Counted from the stretch's first letter, positions 47,578 through 58,312 are shown. The stretch: 64,000 nt of DNA from Chloroflexota bacterium (GCA_963662335.2 CAXXVD010000001.1:448001-512000), one strand, 5' to 3'. The notes: generated by a model not told the origin, from the sequence alone. A program made the numbers and translations.

Positions 47578-49327
47578 GAAGAACACAACGCGCGGCGCAA
47601 AGCCGCAGCCGGGTAGGTCCCGGTCGTCCGGTTCCACGCCGCCGGCCGCGGATGCGGAAGCCACCGAATGGCCGGCGATTGCGGCTTGGCTGCGCGCGGA
47701 GACCCCGTTCGGACTAAACCGCTGGCAGGTTCTCGTCTTCCTGTCAGTGATGGCGTTTGTGGTCTTTACGCGCTTCTGGGACCTGGGCGCGCGCGCCTTG
47801 CACCACGACGAGAGCATGCACGCGCGCTTCGCGTGGGACATCTACCGGTCATTCGACTACCGCTACAACCCGGTGCTGCACGGGCCGTTCCAGTTCTACC
47901 TGACCGCCTTCATGTACTTCCTCTTTGGCGTCAGCGACGCGGTGGCGCGCTTTGGCCCGGCGCTGTTCGGCGTGCTCTCGGTGCTGCTGGTCTATCCGCT
48001 CAAACCCTATCTCGGACGCGGCGGCATGGTGCTGGCGGCCGTGCTGATGGCCATCTCGCCCCCGTTGCTCTACTTTTCGCGCTTCGCCCGCAACGACATC
48101 TACGTGGTGGCCTGGACGATGCTCATCGTGCTGGCCCTCTTTGGCTGGCTGCACACCCGGCAGCGGTGGTACATCTACCTGGGCGCCAGCGCGGCGGCGC
48201 TCTCGCTCGCCACCAAGGAGAACACCTACATCACCCTGGCGATCGTCGTCCTCTTCATCGTCATCCGCTATCTCCAGGAGCTATTCATGCCCGCGCGCGG
48301 GGAGCGGCTGCCCCGCCATGAATCGGTGAAGAGCGCGCTTGCCGACCTGTGGCAGGCGCGCTCGCTGCTCTTAGCGGGCATCGTCACATTCGTCCTCATC
48401 TTCGTCACCTTCTTTACGGCGTTCTACACGCATCCCCAGGACTTTGCCAGCGGCATCATCAAGGCGCTGGAGTACTGGCTGGCGCAGCAAGACGTGGGCC
48501 GGGGCAACCAGCCAATCTGGTACTACTTCATGCAATTGCCGCTCTACGAGTTGATCGTGGCCGCCTTTGTGCTGCCGGCGTTGTGGTGGCTGGCGCGGCG
48601 CGGCAGCCTGACCGACCGCTTCCTCTGCTTCTGGTTCGTGGCCGCGGTGTTGCTCTACTCGCTGGCGGGCGAACGCATGCCCTGGCTCGTGCTGCACCTC
48701 TCGCTGCCCGGCATTCTCTTGGTCGCGCGCTTCTTGGGACAACAGTTTTCGGAGCCGAACGGCCTACGCCGCCATCGGATCGCGCTGATCCTCTGCCTCC
48801 TGATTAGCGTCTACGCGCTGCACACCGGGCTGCCGCTGACGTTCGCCCACGGGGATACGCCGCGCGACCTGCTGGTCTACGTGCAGACCAGTCCGGACGT
48901 GCCCTACGTGACCGCGCAGATCGAGCAGATGTCCCGCCGCCTTACCGGCACCACGGACATCGTCGGCCTGATCGACAATGAAGACTCCTGGCCGTTCGCC
49001 TGGTATCTCCGCGACTACACCAAGGTAGGCTACATTGCGAATATCGGCGATCCCGGCGAGGCGGCGTTCGTCATCGTGACCGCCAGCGAGTTCGAGAACG
49101 CGCGCGAACACCTGGGCAACTACGCGCCCTTCCGCTACAAACTGCGCTGGTGGTTCCCGGAGGCGCTCTACCGCGACCTGCGCCCGACGTTCTGGCTGGA
49201 GTTCATCACCAATTCCCAGACGCGCAGCAACTTCACGGCCTGGCTGGTGAGCCGCAAGATGCCGCAGCCGATCGGCTCGCAGGACTTCTACTTCTTCGTG
49301 CGGAACGACCTGCTGCACCTGCTCTAG
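47567..49327 (+). CDS. TIGR03663 family (PMT/GT-C-like) membrane glycosyltransferase
   Basis: RFWDLG.R..HHDES.H, Y.P..HGP, YFSRFARND, TKEN, YW..Q..V.RG.QP..YY, L.YVQT, WP..WY.R. Confidence 0.9.
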   Translation: MPPRKNTTRGAKPQPGRSRSSGSTPPAADAEATEWPAIAAWLRAETPFGLNRWQVLVFLSVMAFVVFTRFWDLGARALHHDESMHARFAWDIYRSFDYRYNPVLHGPFQFYLTAFMYFLFGVSDAVARFGPALFGVLSVLLVYPLKPYLGRGGMVLAAVLMAISPPLLYFSRFARNDIYVVAWTMLIVLALFGWLHTRQRWYIYLGASAAALSLATKENTYITLAIVVLFIVIRYLQELFMPARGERLPRHESVKSALADLWQARSLLLAGIVTFVLIFVTFFTAFYTHPQDFASGIIKALEYWLAQQDVGRGNQPIWYYFMQLPLYELIVAAFVLPALWWLARRGSLTDRFLCFWFVAAVLLYSLAGERMPWLVLHLSLPGILLVARFLGQQFSEPNGLRRHRIALILCLLISVYALHTGLPLTFAHGDTPRDLLVYVQTSPDVPYVTAQIEQMSRRLTGTTDIVGLIDNEDSWPFAWYLRDYTKVGYIANIGDPGEAAFVIVTASEFENAREHLGNYAPFRYKLRWWFPEALYRDLRPTFWLEFITNSQTRSNFTAWLVSRKMPQPIGSQDFYFFVRNDLLHLL

Positions 49328-49356
49328 CCGCACGAGGACATCCGTGTCCCAACGGC

Positions 49357-49422
49357 GTAGGGGCACGACATGTCGTGCCCCTACGCCTCTGGACTGCCGT
49401 AGCGCGGGGGCTTGTCCCCCGC
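49357..49422. repeat. REP-B plus REP-A
   Basis: GTAGGGGCACGACATGTCGTGCCCCTAC (49357) and GTAGCGCGGGGGCTTGTCCCCCGC (49399). Confidence 0.88.
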
Positions 49423-49449
49423 TTCAGGGTGGAGATTGCGGTTGCGCCG

Positions 49450-50028
49450 CTACGTCCCGCCGGCTGGATCCGCCCCATCGGTCGCGTCCGGCTTGGACCC
49501 CAAGCGCAGGGAAAGCCCCGCCGCGCCGCCGAGCGCGGCCAGGCCCACGGCAGCCCCGGCCACCGGCGCGAGCACGGCCATCAGGCCCGTGAACAAAGCG
49601 GCGCTATCCAGCGTCAAGCTGGCCGGAAAATACCCCATGCCGGACATGCGCGTCGCCAGTTGGCGGCGCAAGCGCACGCGGACGTAATGGCTGCCAAGCG
49701 CGGCGGCGACGGCCGCCGCTGCCCACAGCCACACACCGGCGCCGCCGCTGTCGAGCAGGCTGAGCACGCACACGCCGGCGCAAACCGGCCGCGCGACCGC
49801 GCTGGTCAGCGCCTCCACCCGCCACCAGCGCGGATGCTTGTCGGCGAACACCTGCGCCCCGGCCAGCACGAAGAGCGCGCCAATCACCGCCGGCTGGGTG
49901 AGAAAGGTAAACGGTGATTGCAGCGCCAGCGCCACGTCGTCGGAACGCGCCAGCACGGCCAGCAGAAACAACGCCGCGTACGGGTTTTGTCCGGCGGCGC
50001 ACGTGAGTCCAATCGCGGTCCAGGGCAT
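49450..50028 (-). CDS. DUF4126-like membrane protein
   Basis: GL..AAGQNPYA, FADK.P, RPV.AG; hydrophobic; GGAGG SD. Confidence 0.7.
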   Translation of the reverse strand: MPWTAIGLTCAAGQNPYAALFLLAVLARSDDVALALQSPFTFLTQPAVIGALFVLAGAQVFADKHPRWWRVEALTSAVARPVCAGVCVLSLLDSGGAGVWLWAAAAVAAALGSHYVRVRLRRQLATRMSGMGYFPASLTLDSAALFTGLMAVLAPVAGAAVGLAALGGAAGLSLRLGSKPDATDGADPAGGT

Positions 50029-50032
50029 TCTT

Positions 50033-50710
50033 CTATCGCTCCTCCGCCTTGCTCCAGGCGTCCTGCGTAGACTGCCAGGCGTCCCGCACGCCGCGCCGCA
50101 GTTGCGCCAGCGTACCCGTGTTTTCAATTGTCACCACCGGCAGTGACGCGCCGCGCTTCCGCCGCAGTAGGGCGATCTTCTCCTCAGGCGTCGCCTGCGC
50201 GTCGAGGCGGCGCTGCGCTTCAGCGCGGGGCATCCCCTTGGCCGAAAGACGCGCCAACTGCGCTTCAGCCGGCGCAACCACAATCCACACGGCAGCAAGC
50301 ATCGTCAAAAGATCACTCTCTATCAGTTTAATGGCCTCGACGGCGCACGGCGTCTGCGGGGCAGCCCCGTCCAGCGCCTCCCGCACTGCCGCCACGACTG
50401 CCGGATGCACGATCTTCTCAAGTCTGCTCAGCGCCGCGGCGTCGTGGAAGACTATCTTGCCCAGGGCGGCACGATCAAGCGAACCGTCTTGCGCTACGAT
50501 TCTGTCACCAAATTCAGCAATGACGGCCGCCGCCAGCGCGCTGTCCGGCGCGGCGTAGAGGTCGTGCACGACCCGATCGGCGTCGATTACGCGCACGCCG
50601 CGTTCGCCCAGGATGCGCGCGACCGTGCTCTTGCCGGCGCCGATGTTGCCCGTAATCCCGATAACGGGCGCGCGCCGGGGCCCACCCGCGCCAAGCCGGT
50701 CATTTGCCAT
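50033..50710 (-). CDS. coaE: Dephospho-CoA kinase
   Basis: IGITGNIGAGKSTV, IDAD, LDR..LG..VF, LE.I.HP.V. Confidence 0.95.
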   Translation of the reverse strand: MANDRLGAGGPRRAPVIGITGNIGAGKSTVARILGERGVRVIDADRVVHDLYAAPDSALAAAVIAEFGDRIVAQDGSLDRAALGKIVFHDAAALSRLEKIVHPAVVAAVREALDGAAPQTPCAVEAIKLIESDLLTMLAAVWIVVAPAEAQLARLSAKGMPRAEAQRRLDAQATPEEKIALLRRKRGASLPVVTIENTGTLAQLRRGVRDAWQSTQDAWSKAEER

Positions 50711-50770
50711 GCCGCCGTCCCCTTCATTCACGCATTGCATCCACGATAGCGTCCACACGTTGCATCTCCG

Positions 50771-50822
50771 GTAGCGTAGGTTTGCAACCTGCGCGGCGGC
50801 GGGGGACAAGCCCCCGCGCTCC
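50771..50822. repeat. Heterologous REP doublet (G plus inverted A)
   Basis: GTAGCGTAGGTTTGCAACCTGCGC..GCGGGGGACAAGCCCCCGCGCT. Confidence 0.8.
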
Positions 50823-50857
50823 GTGGACGCGTCACCATCAGCGCCAAGCCTCCGCCC

Positions 50858-52171
50858 TTAGCAGCGGCGGAAGAGCGCCAGGTTCTCGATATGGTACGTC
50901 TGCGGGAAGAAATCGAAGAGCTCCAACCGCTCCACGCCATACCCCTCCTCCCGCAGGAGCGCCGCGTCGCGGGCCAGGGTGGAGGGCTCGCAGGAGAGGT
51001 AGACGATGCGGCTGGGCGCGCTGCCGGCCACGGCGCGCAGCACGCGCGGATCCAGGCCGGTGCGCGGCGGATCGACGACGACCACGTCCGCGGGCGGCAA
51101 GTCTTGCGTGACCTTTTCCGCGGGCACGTCCCAGAATTCCACGTTGCGCAGCCCCCAGTCTGCCGCCGTCTGCCGCGCCGCCGCTATCGCCTGCCTATCT
51201 ACCTCCACGCCGATCACCCGCCCCGCGTCTTCTGCCATGAAGAGACCAAACACACCGACGCCGCAATAGAGATCGAGCACGGTCTCATGGGACTGCACTC
51301 CCGCCAATGCGCGCATGCGGGAAATGGCAAGCGGCAGCATCTCCACACTGGCCTGGAAGAACGCGCCGGGCGGAAAGCGGAGCGACTTGCCCATGATCTC
51401 AATGCCCACCGGAGCCTCACCGGCGAAAGGCTCCACGCGACCGCTCGGCGTGCGGTAGGAAACACTCAGGGCCTCCGGAATGGCGGCAAGAGCGTTAAGT
51501 GCGGTGCGCAACGCCGGTTCCGCTGCCAGGTCAACATTGCGCACGCCCTCCAGAATGAGGGCGAGTCCGGTGTCTTCACCCCGGGGAATGACGCGCGTCT
51601 CCACCCAATTCCTGCCCCACAAATCCGGCATCCTGCCGTCGCGGATCATCGCATTAAGTGTTCCAAGCAGCTTGGAGATGAGCGGATGGCTGATTGCGCA
51701 CCGCTCGACCTCCACCACGCGCCGGCTGCCGCGCTGCCGGAAGCCCGCTTCGCGCGAGAGCGCGATCTCGCAGCCGTAGCGGTACTCCCAGGGCGACGGC
51801 GGCGTATGCACGGCGTCGATGGCAACGGTTTGCTTGCCAATCCGCGCAAAGTGCTCTTCCACGACCTGCCGCTTCAGGCGCACCTGCGCGGCATACGCTA
51901 TGTGCTGCCACTGGCAGCCGCCGCACGCGCCGTAGTAGGGGCATTCTGGCTCGATCCGGTCCGGCGACGGCTCCAGCGCCTCGACCACGCGCCCGTGCAG
52001 GTACTTCTTGCGCCGCCGTTCGAGTTGCACGCGCACCCGCTCGCCCGGTATGCCGTAGAACGCGAAGACCACCTGCCCGTCCACGCGCCCCACCGCCGGC
52101 CCGCGATGCGCCATGCCGGTGAGCGTCATCTCTACCGGTTCCCGTTGCCGGATCTTACGATCGCGAGCCAT
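50858..52171 (-). CDS. rlmD: 23S rRNA m5U1939 methyltransferase RlmD (TrmA family)
   Basis: TRAM domain, CPYYGACGGCQWQH Fe-S motif, FFQ, DLYCGVG, DPPRTG, YLSC.P.TLARD, FPQTYHIE. Confidence 0.9.
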   Translation of the reverse strand: MARDRKIRQREPVEMTLTGMAHRGPAVGRVDGQVVFAFYGIPGERVRVQLERRRKKYLHGRVVEALEPSPDRIEPECPYYGACGGCQWQHIAYAAQVRLKRQVVEEHFARIGKQTVAIDAVHTPPSPWEYRYGCEIALSREAGFRQRGSRRVVEVERCAISHPLISKLLGTLNAMIRDGRMPDLWGRNWVETRVIPRGEDTGLALILEGVRNVDLAAEPALRTALNALAAIPEALSVSYRTPSGRVEPFAGEAPVGIEIMGKSLRFPPGAFFQASVEMLPLAISRMRALAGVQSHETVLDLYCGVGVFGLFMAEDAGRVIGVEVDRQAIAAARQTAADWGLRNVEFWDVPAEKVTQDLPPADVVVVDPPRTGLDPRVLRAVAGSAPSRIVYLSCEPSTLARDAALLREEGYGVERLELFDFFPQTYHIENLALFRRC

Positions 52172-52566
52172 TGCTTTCCATTCTTCATGCGCTCGTTCAA
52201 CCGACCGCATGCGCTCCGTGTCGAAACGCGCCACGCCTATCACCGGGGCTTCTCTACAGGATTAAACCAAATAAACCGGAGTCACCGCAACGAGCAGGTA
52301 CCGTTTCCTTGCGTTCAGCGGCGTCCGGTCCCGAGCCCTTATTACTCCGATAGTAGCCACATCCGAAAGTTGTCAAATCCGAACGTTGCTAAGTCTGAAG
52401 ATAACCATATATGAAAGTAGCCTAACCACGCCGTTCGCCCTGAGCGGGGTCGAAGGGTGAACGGCGGATTAAGCGGGCTGCAATGCCGAACGCGCCTCTC
52501 CGCGTACATCCTGCGGCAAGGGGTGCGCTATACTGAACCCCAAACCAGTAACCCCGGAGGCGCAAA

Positions 52567-52932
52567 ATGGCTTGGAAGCAGAGCGAAGAGGCGGACGTGA
52601 TGGACTCGCCCGCCATCCACGAAGGGGACGGCGTGATCACCCGCCGGCGGTTCTTCCGGGGCGCCACGCGGCTGCCCGTCAGCGTGGAGGTCTGGGAACT
52701 GCCCCCGGGCGCGAGCGAAGGCTCCCACAGCCACGACGATGACGACACGCTGGAGGAGTTCTACTACTTCCTCGCAGGTCAGGGCGTCATGTGGATGGAC
52801 GGAGAAGAACTGCCGGTCGGGCCGGGCGACGCCGTCATGGTTCCCCCCGGGGTTGACCACGGTTTCCGCAATACCGGCGGCGAGACGCTGAAGGTGCTCC
52901 TGCTCTGGGGCGAGCCGGCGGAAGAGGTGTAG
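52567..52932 (+). CDS. Cupin domain protein
   Basis: PPGASEG.HSH...LEE.YY...G.G, PGD....PPG..HG..NTG. Confidence 0.88.
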   Translation: MAWKQSEEADVMDSPAIHEGDGVITRRRFFRGATRLPVSVEVWELPPGASEGSHSHDDDDTLEEFYYFLAGQGVMWMDGEELPVGPGDAVMVPPGVDHGFRNTGGETLKVLLLWGEPAEEV

Positions 52933-52994
52933 CACGCCGTAGGGCGCCATTCCGGTGTGGCGGCGCCCTGCAACAGTACTCAAGGAAGCGACCC

Positions 52995-54182
52995 ATGAAG
53001 ATTACCAACGTACACAGCTACGTGCTGAAGTCGCCGCTGGGCGACCAGGGCTTCTACGCCTCGCAGGAGTCTTTTTCCGAACGCAGCAGTTGCCTGGTGC
53101 GCATCGAGACGGACGCCGGCCTGGTCGGGTGGGGCGAGGCCGGTTTGTGGGGCGCGCCGGAGCCGGTAGCGGCTATGATCGACCACGTGCTCACGCCCCG
53201 CATCACCGGCATGAATCCGCTGCACGTAGACGTCATCTGGGAGAAACTCTACGCCCATATCCGCGACTGGGGACGGCAGGGCACCGCCGTTGAGGCCATC
53301 AGCGGCGTGGACATCGCCTGCTGGGACATCGCGGGACAGGCGCTCCAGCAGCCCATTCACGCGCTGTTGGGCGGCGCGTATCGCGACCGGGTCAAGGCGT
53401 ATGCCACCGGCGGCTACTACAAGGGCGGACCGGAGAAATGGGCGGACACGGGGTTGCTTGCCGCGGAAGTGGAGCGACACGTTGCGACGGGCTTTCGCGC
53501 CCTCAAGATCAAGGTCGGCCTACTCTCAGTCGCTGAAGACCTCGCCCGCGTAAAAGCGGCGCGGCGGGCGTTGGACGGCTGCGCGCCCAGTGGCGAGCGC
53601 TTTCCCTACATGGTGGACGCCAATCACGCCTACCCCCCGCACATAGCCATTACCGTCGGCCGCGGCCTGGAAGAAGAAGACACGCTGTGGTTCGAGGAAC
53701 CGGTAATCCCCGAAGACCGCCGCGGCTACCGCCAGGTGGCCGAGACGCTGGATCTGGCTATAGCGGCCGGCGAGTGCGAGCACACGCGCTACTGCTTCCG
53801 CGACCTGATGCTGGACGGCGGCATCGACATCGCGCAACCGGACATCTGCGGTACCGGCGGCATCTCGGAGGCGGTGAAGATTGCCACCCTGGCGCGCACG
53901 TTTGGCGTGCAGGTGATTCCCCACGTTTGGGGCTCCGGCGTCGCCCTGGCCGCCGCGCTCCACTTCATCGCCTCCTTGCCGCCCAGTCCCCACACCGCCA
54001 ACCCCCTGCCGGCCCTCAACGAACCGATGCTGGAATTCGACCGCAATCCCAACCCCCTGCGCGATACGTTGCTGCGCGAACCCTTCACCCTGGAGGACGA
54101 CGGCACGGTGCTGATACCCCAGCGGCCGGGACTGGGCATCAAGGTGGATGAATCAGTGGTGGCGCAGTACGGGCCGCAATGA
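52995..54182 (+). CDS. Mandelate racemase/MLE superfamily enzyme
   Basis: AISGVDIACWD, KIKVG, VDANHAY, WFEEP, AAGE, QPD, PHVWG. Confidence 0.92.
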   Translation: MKITNVHSYVLKSPLGDQGFYASQESFSERSSCLVRIETDAGLVGWGEAGLWGAPEPVAAMIDHVLTPRITGMNPLHVDVIWEKLYAHIRDWGRQGTAVEAISGVDIACWDIAGQALQQPIHALLGGAYRDRVKAYATGGYYKGGPEKWADTGLLAAEVERHVATGFRALKIKVGLLSVAEDLARVKAARRALDGCAPSGERFPYMVDANHAYPPHIAITVGRGLEEEDTLWFEEPVIPEDRRGYRQVAETLDLAIAAGECEHTRYCFRDLMLDGGIDIAQPDICGTGGISEAVKIATLARTFGVQVIPHVWGSGVALAAALHFIASLPPSPHTANPLPALNEPMLEFDRNPNPLRDTLLREPFTLEDDGTVLIPQRPGLGIKVDESVVAQYGPQ

Positions 54183-54206
54183 CAAGAGGGAACCGGATAT
54201 GGCGCG

Positions 54207-55340
54207 CTAGGCGAAGCGTCCCAGGCCGAACATCCCGATGTCGTGGCGCGAACCGCCGTCAAGCGCCAGTTCGGCCATGATTTCGCCCACCACGCTGCAA
54301 AACTTGAAGCCATGGCCGGAGAAGCCCGCTCCAATCGTCACGTTCTCGTGCTCGGGATGGCGGTCCATGATGAAGTGCCCGTCCGGCGTATTCGTAAACA
54401 TGCACGGTTTCAGCGCCAGCGTCGCGCCCATGCCGCCGGTCATGTACTGGTGCGCGCCAGTGCGGAGCGCCGCTTCATCCTCCGGGTGGCAGGCGCGATC
54501 CACGTCGTCCGGCGCGGTGTCTTGCCGCAGGTGGTGGTAGAGGCCGATCTTGAAGCCCGGTATCCCGTGTATGGGAAAGCCGTAGTAGTGCCCTTCCGGC
54601 ACGAGCATGTTGAAGACCGGGAAGCGCTCGCGCGTGAAGAGTTCCGGCTGCGCCGGCTGGAACCAGCCCATCACCTGGCGTTCCGGCACGGCGTGGCCGT
54701 TCAGGCGCGCCAGCAGGGATTGGCTCCACGCGCCGGCCGTGAAGACCAGCCGCTGGGCGGCATAGGCGGCGCGGCTGGTGCGCACGGTCACGCCGCCGCC
54801 TTCCGCCCGCCACTCCAGCACCGGCTCCCGCGCCCGCACCTCGGCCCCCAGCGCCTGCGCCTGCATCACGTGCTGCACGATGCACCGCTCCGAAAGAAGA
54901 AAGCCGCCGTCGGGCTGCCAGACGGCCATCATCTCCGGCGGCAGCGCGAAGCCCGGGAAGCGCCGCGTCAACTCCGCGCTGGTGAGCACGTCGTGGGGCA
55001 GCGCGTGCTCGGCGCACGAGCGCACAGAACCTTTGAAGACAAACGAATCCGGCGCGCCGGCGTCGATCGAGCCGGTGATGTAGAGCAGTTGCTCGCCGCC
55101 AGCCTGCTCCAATTCGCGCCAGAGCGCGTACGCCCGCGCCAGCAGCGGCACGTACGACGGATGTTCGAAATACGTCAACCGGATCACCCGGTTCACGCCG
55201 TGGGACGAGCCCATTTCGTGGGGCACGTCGAACTGTTCCAAGCCGAGCACGCGCTCGCCCCGCCGCGCCAAGTGGTAGACCGCGGCGCTGCCCATGCCGC
55301 CTACGCCAACCACGATCGTATCGAAATGCTCTGCCTTCAT
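54207..55340 (-). CDS. solA: Monomeric sarcosine oxidase / N-methyltryptophan oxidase
   Basis: G.GGMGSA, GSSHG..R.IR, CMFTNTPD.HF (covalent-FAD Cys), GFSGHGFKF. Confidence 0.9.
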   Translation of the reverse strand: MKAEHFDTIVVGVGGMGSAAVYHLARRGERVLGLEQFDVPHEMGSSHGVNRVIRLTYFEHPSYVPLLARAYALWRELEQAGGEQLLYITGSIDAGAPDSFVFKGSVRSCAEHALPHDVLTSAELTRRFPGFALPPEMMAVWQPDGGFLLSERCIVQHVMQAQALGAEVRAREPVLEWRAEGGGVTVRTSRAAYAAQRLVFTAGAWSQSLLARLNGHAVPERQVMGWFQPAQPELFTRERFPVFNMLVPEGHYYGFPIHGIPGFKIGLYHHLRQDTAPDDVDRACHPEDEAALRTGAHQYMTGGMGATLALKPCMFTNTPDGHFIMDRHPEHENVTIGAGFSGHGFKFCSVVGEIMAELALDGGSRHDIGMFGLGRFA

Positions 55341-55357
55341 CGGCTCATACCTCGCAG

Positions 55358-56248
55358 CTAGAGAATTGGTTCGGGCCGGATTGGCTCCAGCGGTATTTCC
55401 ATCAAGTCCTCACCCAGGATTATAGTACCCGCAAAGACCGCCGCCGCTTCCGCTACCATGCGCTCGCGGATGCCCGGCAGCACGATTTGCTCCGTAAGGT
55501 GGGTCAAGACCAGCTTGTCCACGCCGGCCGCGGCCGCCGTGCGCGCCGCGTCCAGGTGGCCGGAGCAGGACGACGTCAGGCGCGGGTCCGTCTCCACGTC
55601 GTTGAGGAAGTGGCACATGTGCAGGAGCGCGTCCGCGCCTTGCGCCAGTTCCACAAGCTGCGGGTTCGGCGCGGTATCGCCCGTGACCACGATGCTGCCT
55701 TCAGGGCAGTTGAAGCGGTAGGCTACCGAATGAAGATACGGCTGGCAGTGCGCCATCTCCGCCACCGCCACCTGCCAACCGCCGCCGTCGATCGCCGCGC
55801 CGCCGCTCACTTCCCGCACCTGGGGCGCGGGCCGTTGGCGCGGGAGTTTACCGCCGCGATGCTCGTAGATGAGGTGGCTGCCCGGATGCAACGTGCGCCC
55901 GGCCAGGTCGGCCTGATACGCGCCCTCTTCGCCAAACAGCAGTTGCGTCATGCGCGCGGCGCCGGCCGGTCCGTAGACCTGCAAATCGGGTATCTGCCCC
56001 GCCCCCTGGTCCCAGCGCGTGAGCGTCAGGTAGGCGTAGTCCATGCAGTGGTCGTAGTGCAGGTGGGTGAGAAAGAGGTGGCTGACCCGCGTCGGCGGCA
56101 CGCCCGCCGCCAGCAGCCGCCGCACCGCCGCCGGCCCGCAGTCGAACAAGAGCGTCGCGTCCTCGCGCTCGACCAAGAAACTCGCCCCGCCGCGCTCCAA
56201 AGAAGGCGTGGGCGTGCCCGTGCCCAGCAGAGTCAGTCGCAGTGACAT
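55358..56248 (-). CDS. MBL-fold hydrolase (RNase Z / arylsulfatase AtsA-like)
   Basis: LTLLGTGTP.P, FDCG, THLHYDH, TGDT, LVLTH. Confidence 0.88.
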   Translation of the reverse strand: MSLRLTLLGTGTPTPSLERGGASFLVEREDATLLFDCGPAAVRRLLAAGVPPTRVSHLFLTHLHYDHCMDYAYLTLTRWDQGAGQIPDLQVYGPAGAARMTQLLFGEEGAYQADLAGRTLHPGSHLIYEHRGGKLPRQRPAPQVREVSGGAAIDGGGWQVAVAEMAHCQPYLHSVAYRFNCPEGSIVVTGDTAPNPQLVELAQGADALLHMCHFLNDVETDPRLTSSCSGHLDAARTAAAAGVDKLVLTHLTEQIVLPGIRERMVAEAAAVFAGTIILGEDLMEIPLEPIRPEPIL

Positions 56249-56551
56249 AGTGGCTTTGCCTCGCTGCCCCAGCGGCGCGCGACGAACCGGCGGCGCTTGC
56301 CGCCGGCGCCATCTGGTGCGCGCCGTATGTTTCCTTGCGAGCATCATACCCTGTTTCATGTTGCCGCCGCCCGCGCCGCTCGCCGCCGTGCTGCGCGTGT
56401 CCCGCTGTCCGTCCCACCGCCAATGCCGCAAACTACACGCTGGCAAGACACTCCTACACGTTAGCGCAAACGAAATGCACAGAATTGCGGCGCAGCTACG
56501 CGGGACTGCCCGAAAAATACACACTTTGAAGTCCATTGCGCGGGTTCAGAC

Positions 56552-56615
56552 TTGACGCGCACCACCGGAGATTCTATAATGCACTTAACACCGCACTACA
56601 GATTCGCGGTGTAAA
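56552..56615 (+). promoter_or_regulatory. sigma70 promoter of groL-2 followed by an inverted repeat
   Basis: TTGACG (56552), 17 bp spacer, TATAAT (56575); ttaACACCGC-N11-GCGGTGTaaa at 56585-56615. Confidence 0.7.
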
Positions 56616-56650
56616 TTGGTGTATTGCACGAGAAGGAGACATCTACGCCA

Positions 56651-58282
56651 ATGGCAAAGCAGGTTGTATTGGACGAGGAAGCCCGGCGCGCGCTGATGGG
56701 CGGCATCGAGAAGGTGGCCGACGCGGTTGAGTCCACCCTCGGCCCCAAGGGGCGCAACGTAGCCCTGGGCAAGAAGTACGGCGCGCCGGTGGTGACCCAC
56801 GACGGCGTTACCGTGGCCAAGGAGATCGAGCTCGAGGACGGGCTTGAGAACGTCGGCGCCCAACTGATCAAGGAAGCGGCGAGCAAGACCAACGACATCG
56901 CCGGCGACGGCACCACCACCGCCACCGTGCTCGCGCACACGCTCATCAACGAGGGTCACCGCAACGTGGTGGCCGGTGTCAACCCCATGATCATGAAGCG
57001 CGGCCTGGAGCAGGCCACCCGCGTCGTGGTCGACGAACTGCGGTCGATTGCCACGCCGGTTACGGGCAAAGCCCAGGTGGCCGAAGTGGCCTCCATTTCC
57101 GCCGCCGACGGCGAAATCGGCGACCTCATCGGCGACGTGATGGACAAGGTCGGCAAAGACGGCGTCATCACGGTGGAAGAGGGTCGCGGCATCGGCTTCT
57201 CGGTCGAGTTCGTGGAGGGTATGGAGTTCGACCGGGGCTACATCTCGCCCTACTTCGTCACCAACTCCGACCGCATGGAAGCCTCCATCGAGGACCCGTA
57301 CATCTTCATCACCGACAAGAAGCTGAGCGCCGGCAACGACGTGCTGCCGCTGCTCGAGAAGTTCGTGCAGGGCGGCCAGAAGAACCTGGTCGTGATTGCA
57401 GAAGACGTCGAGGGTGAAGCCCTGGCGATGATGGTGGTCAACAAGATGCGCGGCGTGCTGAACTGCGTCGCCATCAAGGCCCCCGGCTACGGCGACCGCC
57501 GCAAGGAAATGCTGCAGGACATCGCGGTGCTCACCGGCGGCCAGGTGATTTCCGAGGAACTGGGACGCCGCCTGGACCAGGTGATGATCGAGGATCTCGG
57601 CCGCGCCCGCCGCGTGGTCTCCGATAAGGACAACACCACGTTCGTCGAGGGCCACGGCGAATCCGAGGAAGTCAAGGGCCGCATCAACCAGATCAAGGCG
57701 CAGGTGGAAGAGACCACCAGCGACTACGACCGCGAGAAGCTGGAAGAGCGCGTGGCCAAGATGTCCGGCGGCGTGGCCGTCATCAACGTCGGCGCCGCTA
57801 CCGAGATCGAGCTGAAAGAGAAGAAGCACCGCGTCGAGGACGCCCTTTCGGCCACCCGCGCCGCGGTCGAGGAAGGCATCGTGCCCGGCGGCGGTATCGC
57901 GCTGCTGAACGCGCTGCCCGCGCTGGACGGCCTGAAGCTGGACGGCGATGAAGGCGTGGCGGTGACCATCATGCGTCGCGCGCTGGAAGCGCCCATCCGC
58001 CGCATCTCCCAGAACGCCGGCCAGGACGGCTCGGTGATCGCCCAGGAAGTGCGCCGCCTTTCCAAGAGCCGCCGCAACAAGAACGTTGGCTTCAACGTCC
58101 TCTCCGGCGAGTACGTTGACATGATCGAGTCGGGCATTATCGACCCGCTGAAGGTCACCCGCTCGGCAGTCGAGAACGCGGCCTCGGTCGCGGCGATGGT
58201 GCTCACCACCGACGCGCTGGTGGTGGACATTCCCGAGCCGCCCGCGCCCGCGCCGGCCGGCGACGAGGGCATGCCCTACTAG
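56651..58282 (+). CDS. groL: Chaperonin GroEL, canonical paralogue 2
   Basis: Conserved GroEL motifs ([29 protein letters not shown]); AAGGAG SD. Confidence 0.98.
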   Translation: MAKQVVLDEEARRALMGGIEKVADAVESTLGPKGRNVALGKKYGAPVVTHDGVTVAKEIELEDGLENVGAQLIKEAASKTNDIAGDGTTTATVLAHTLINEGHRNVVAGVNPMIMKRGLEQATRVVVDELRSIATPVTGKAQVAEVASISAADGEIGDLIGDVMDKVGKDGVITVEEGRGIGFSVEFVEGMEFDRGYISPYFVTNSDRMEASIEDPYIFITDKKLSAGNDVLPLLEKFVQGGQKNLVVIAEDVEGEALAMMVVNKMRGVLNCVAIKAPGYGDRRKEMLQDIAVLTGGQVISEELGRRLDQVMIEDLGRARRVVSDKDNTTFVEGHGESEEVKGRINQIKAQVEETTSDYDREKLEERVAKMSGGVAVINVGAATEIELKEKKHRVEDALSATRAAVEEGIVPGGGIALLNALPALDGLKLDGDEGVAVTIMRRALEAPIRRISQNAGQDGSVIAQEVRRLSKSRRNKNVGFNVLSGEYVDMIESGIIDPLKVTRSAVENAASVAAMVLTTDALVVDIPEPPAPAPAGDEGMPY

Positions 58283-58312
58283 GGTAATCGCTTTCTCGCT
58301 TGCGAGAAAGGC

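Noticed and set aside
56585-56615. Canonical CIRCE element
   Set aside because: Arms match only partly and the spacing is 13 rather than 9; kept only as an unnamed inverted repeat.
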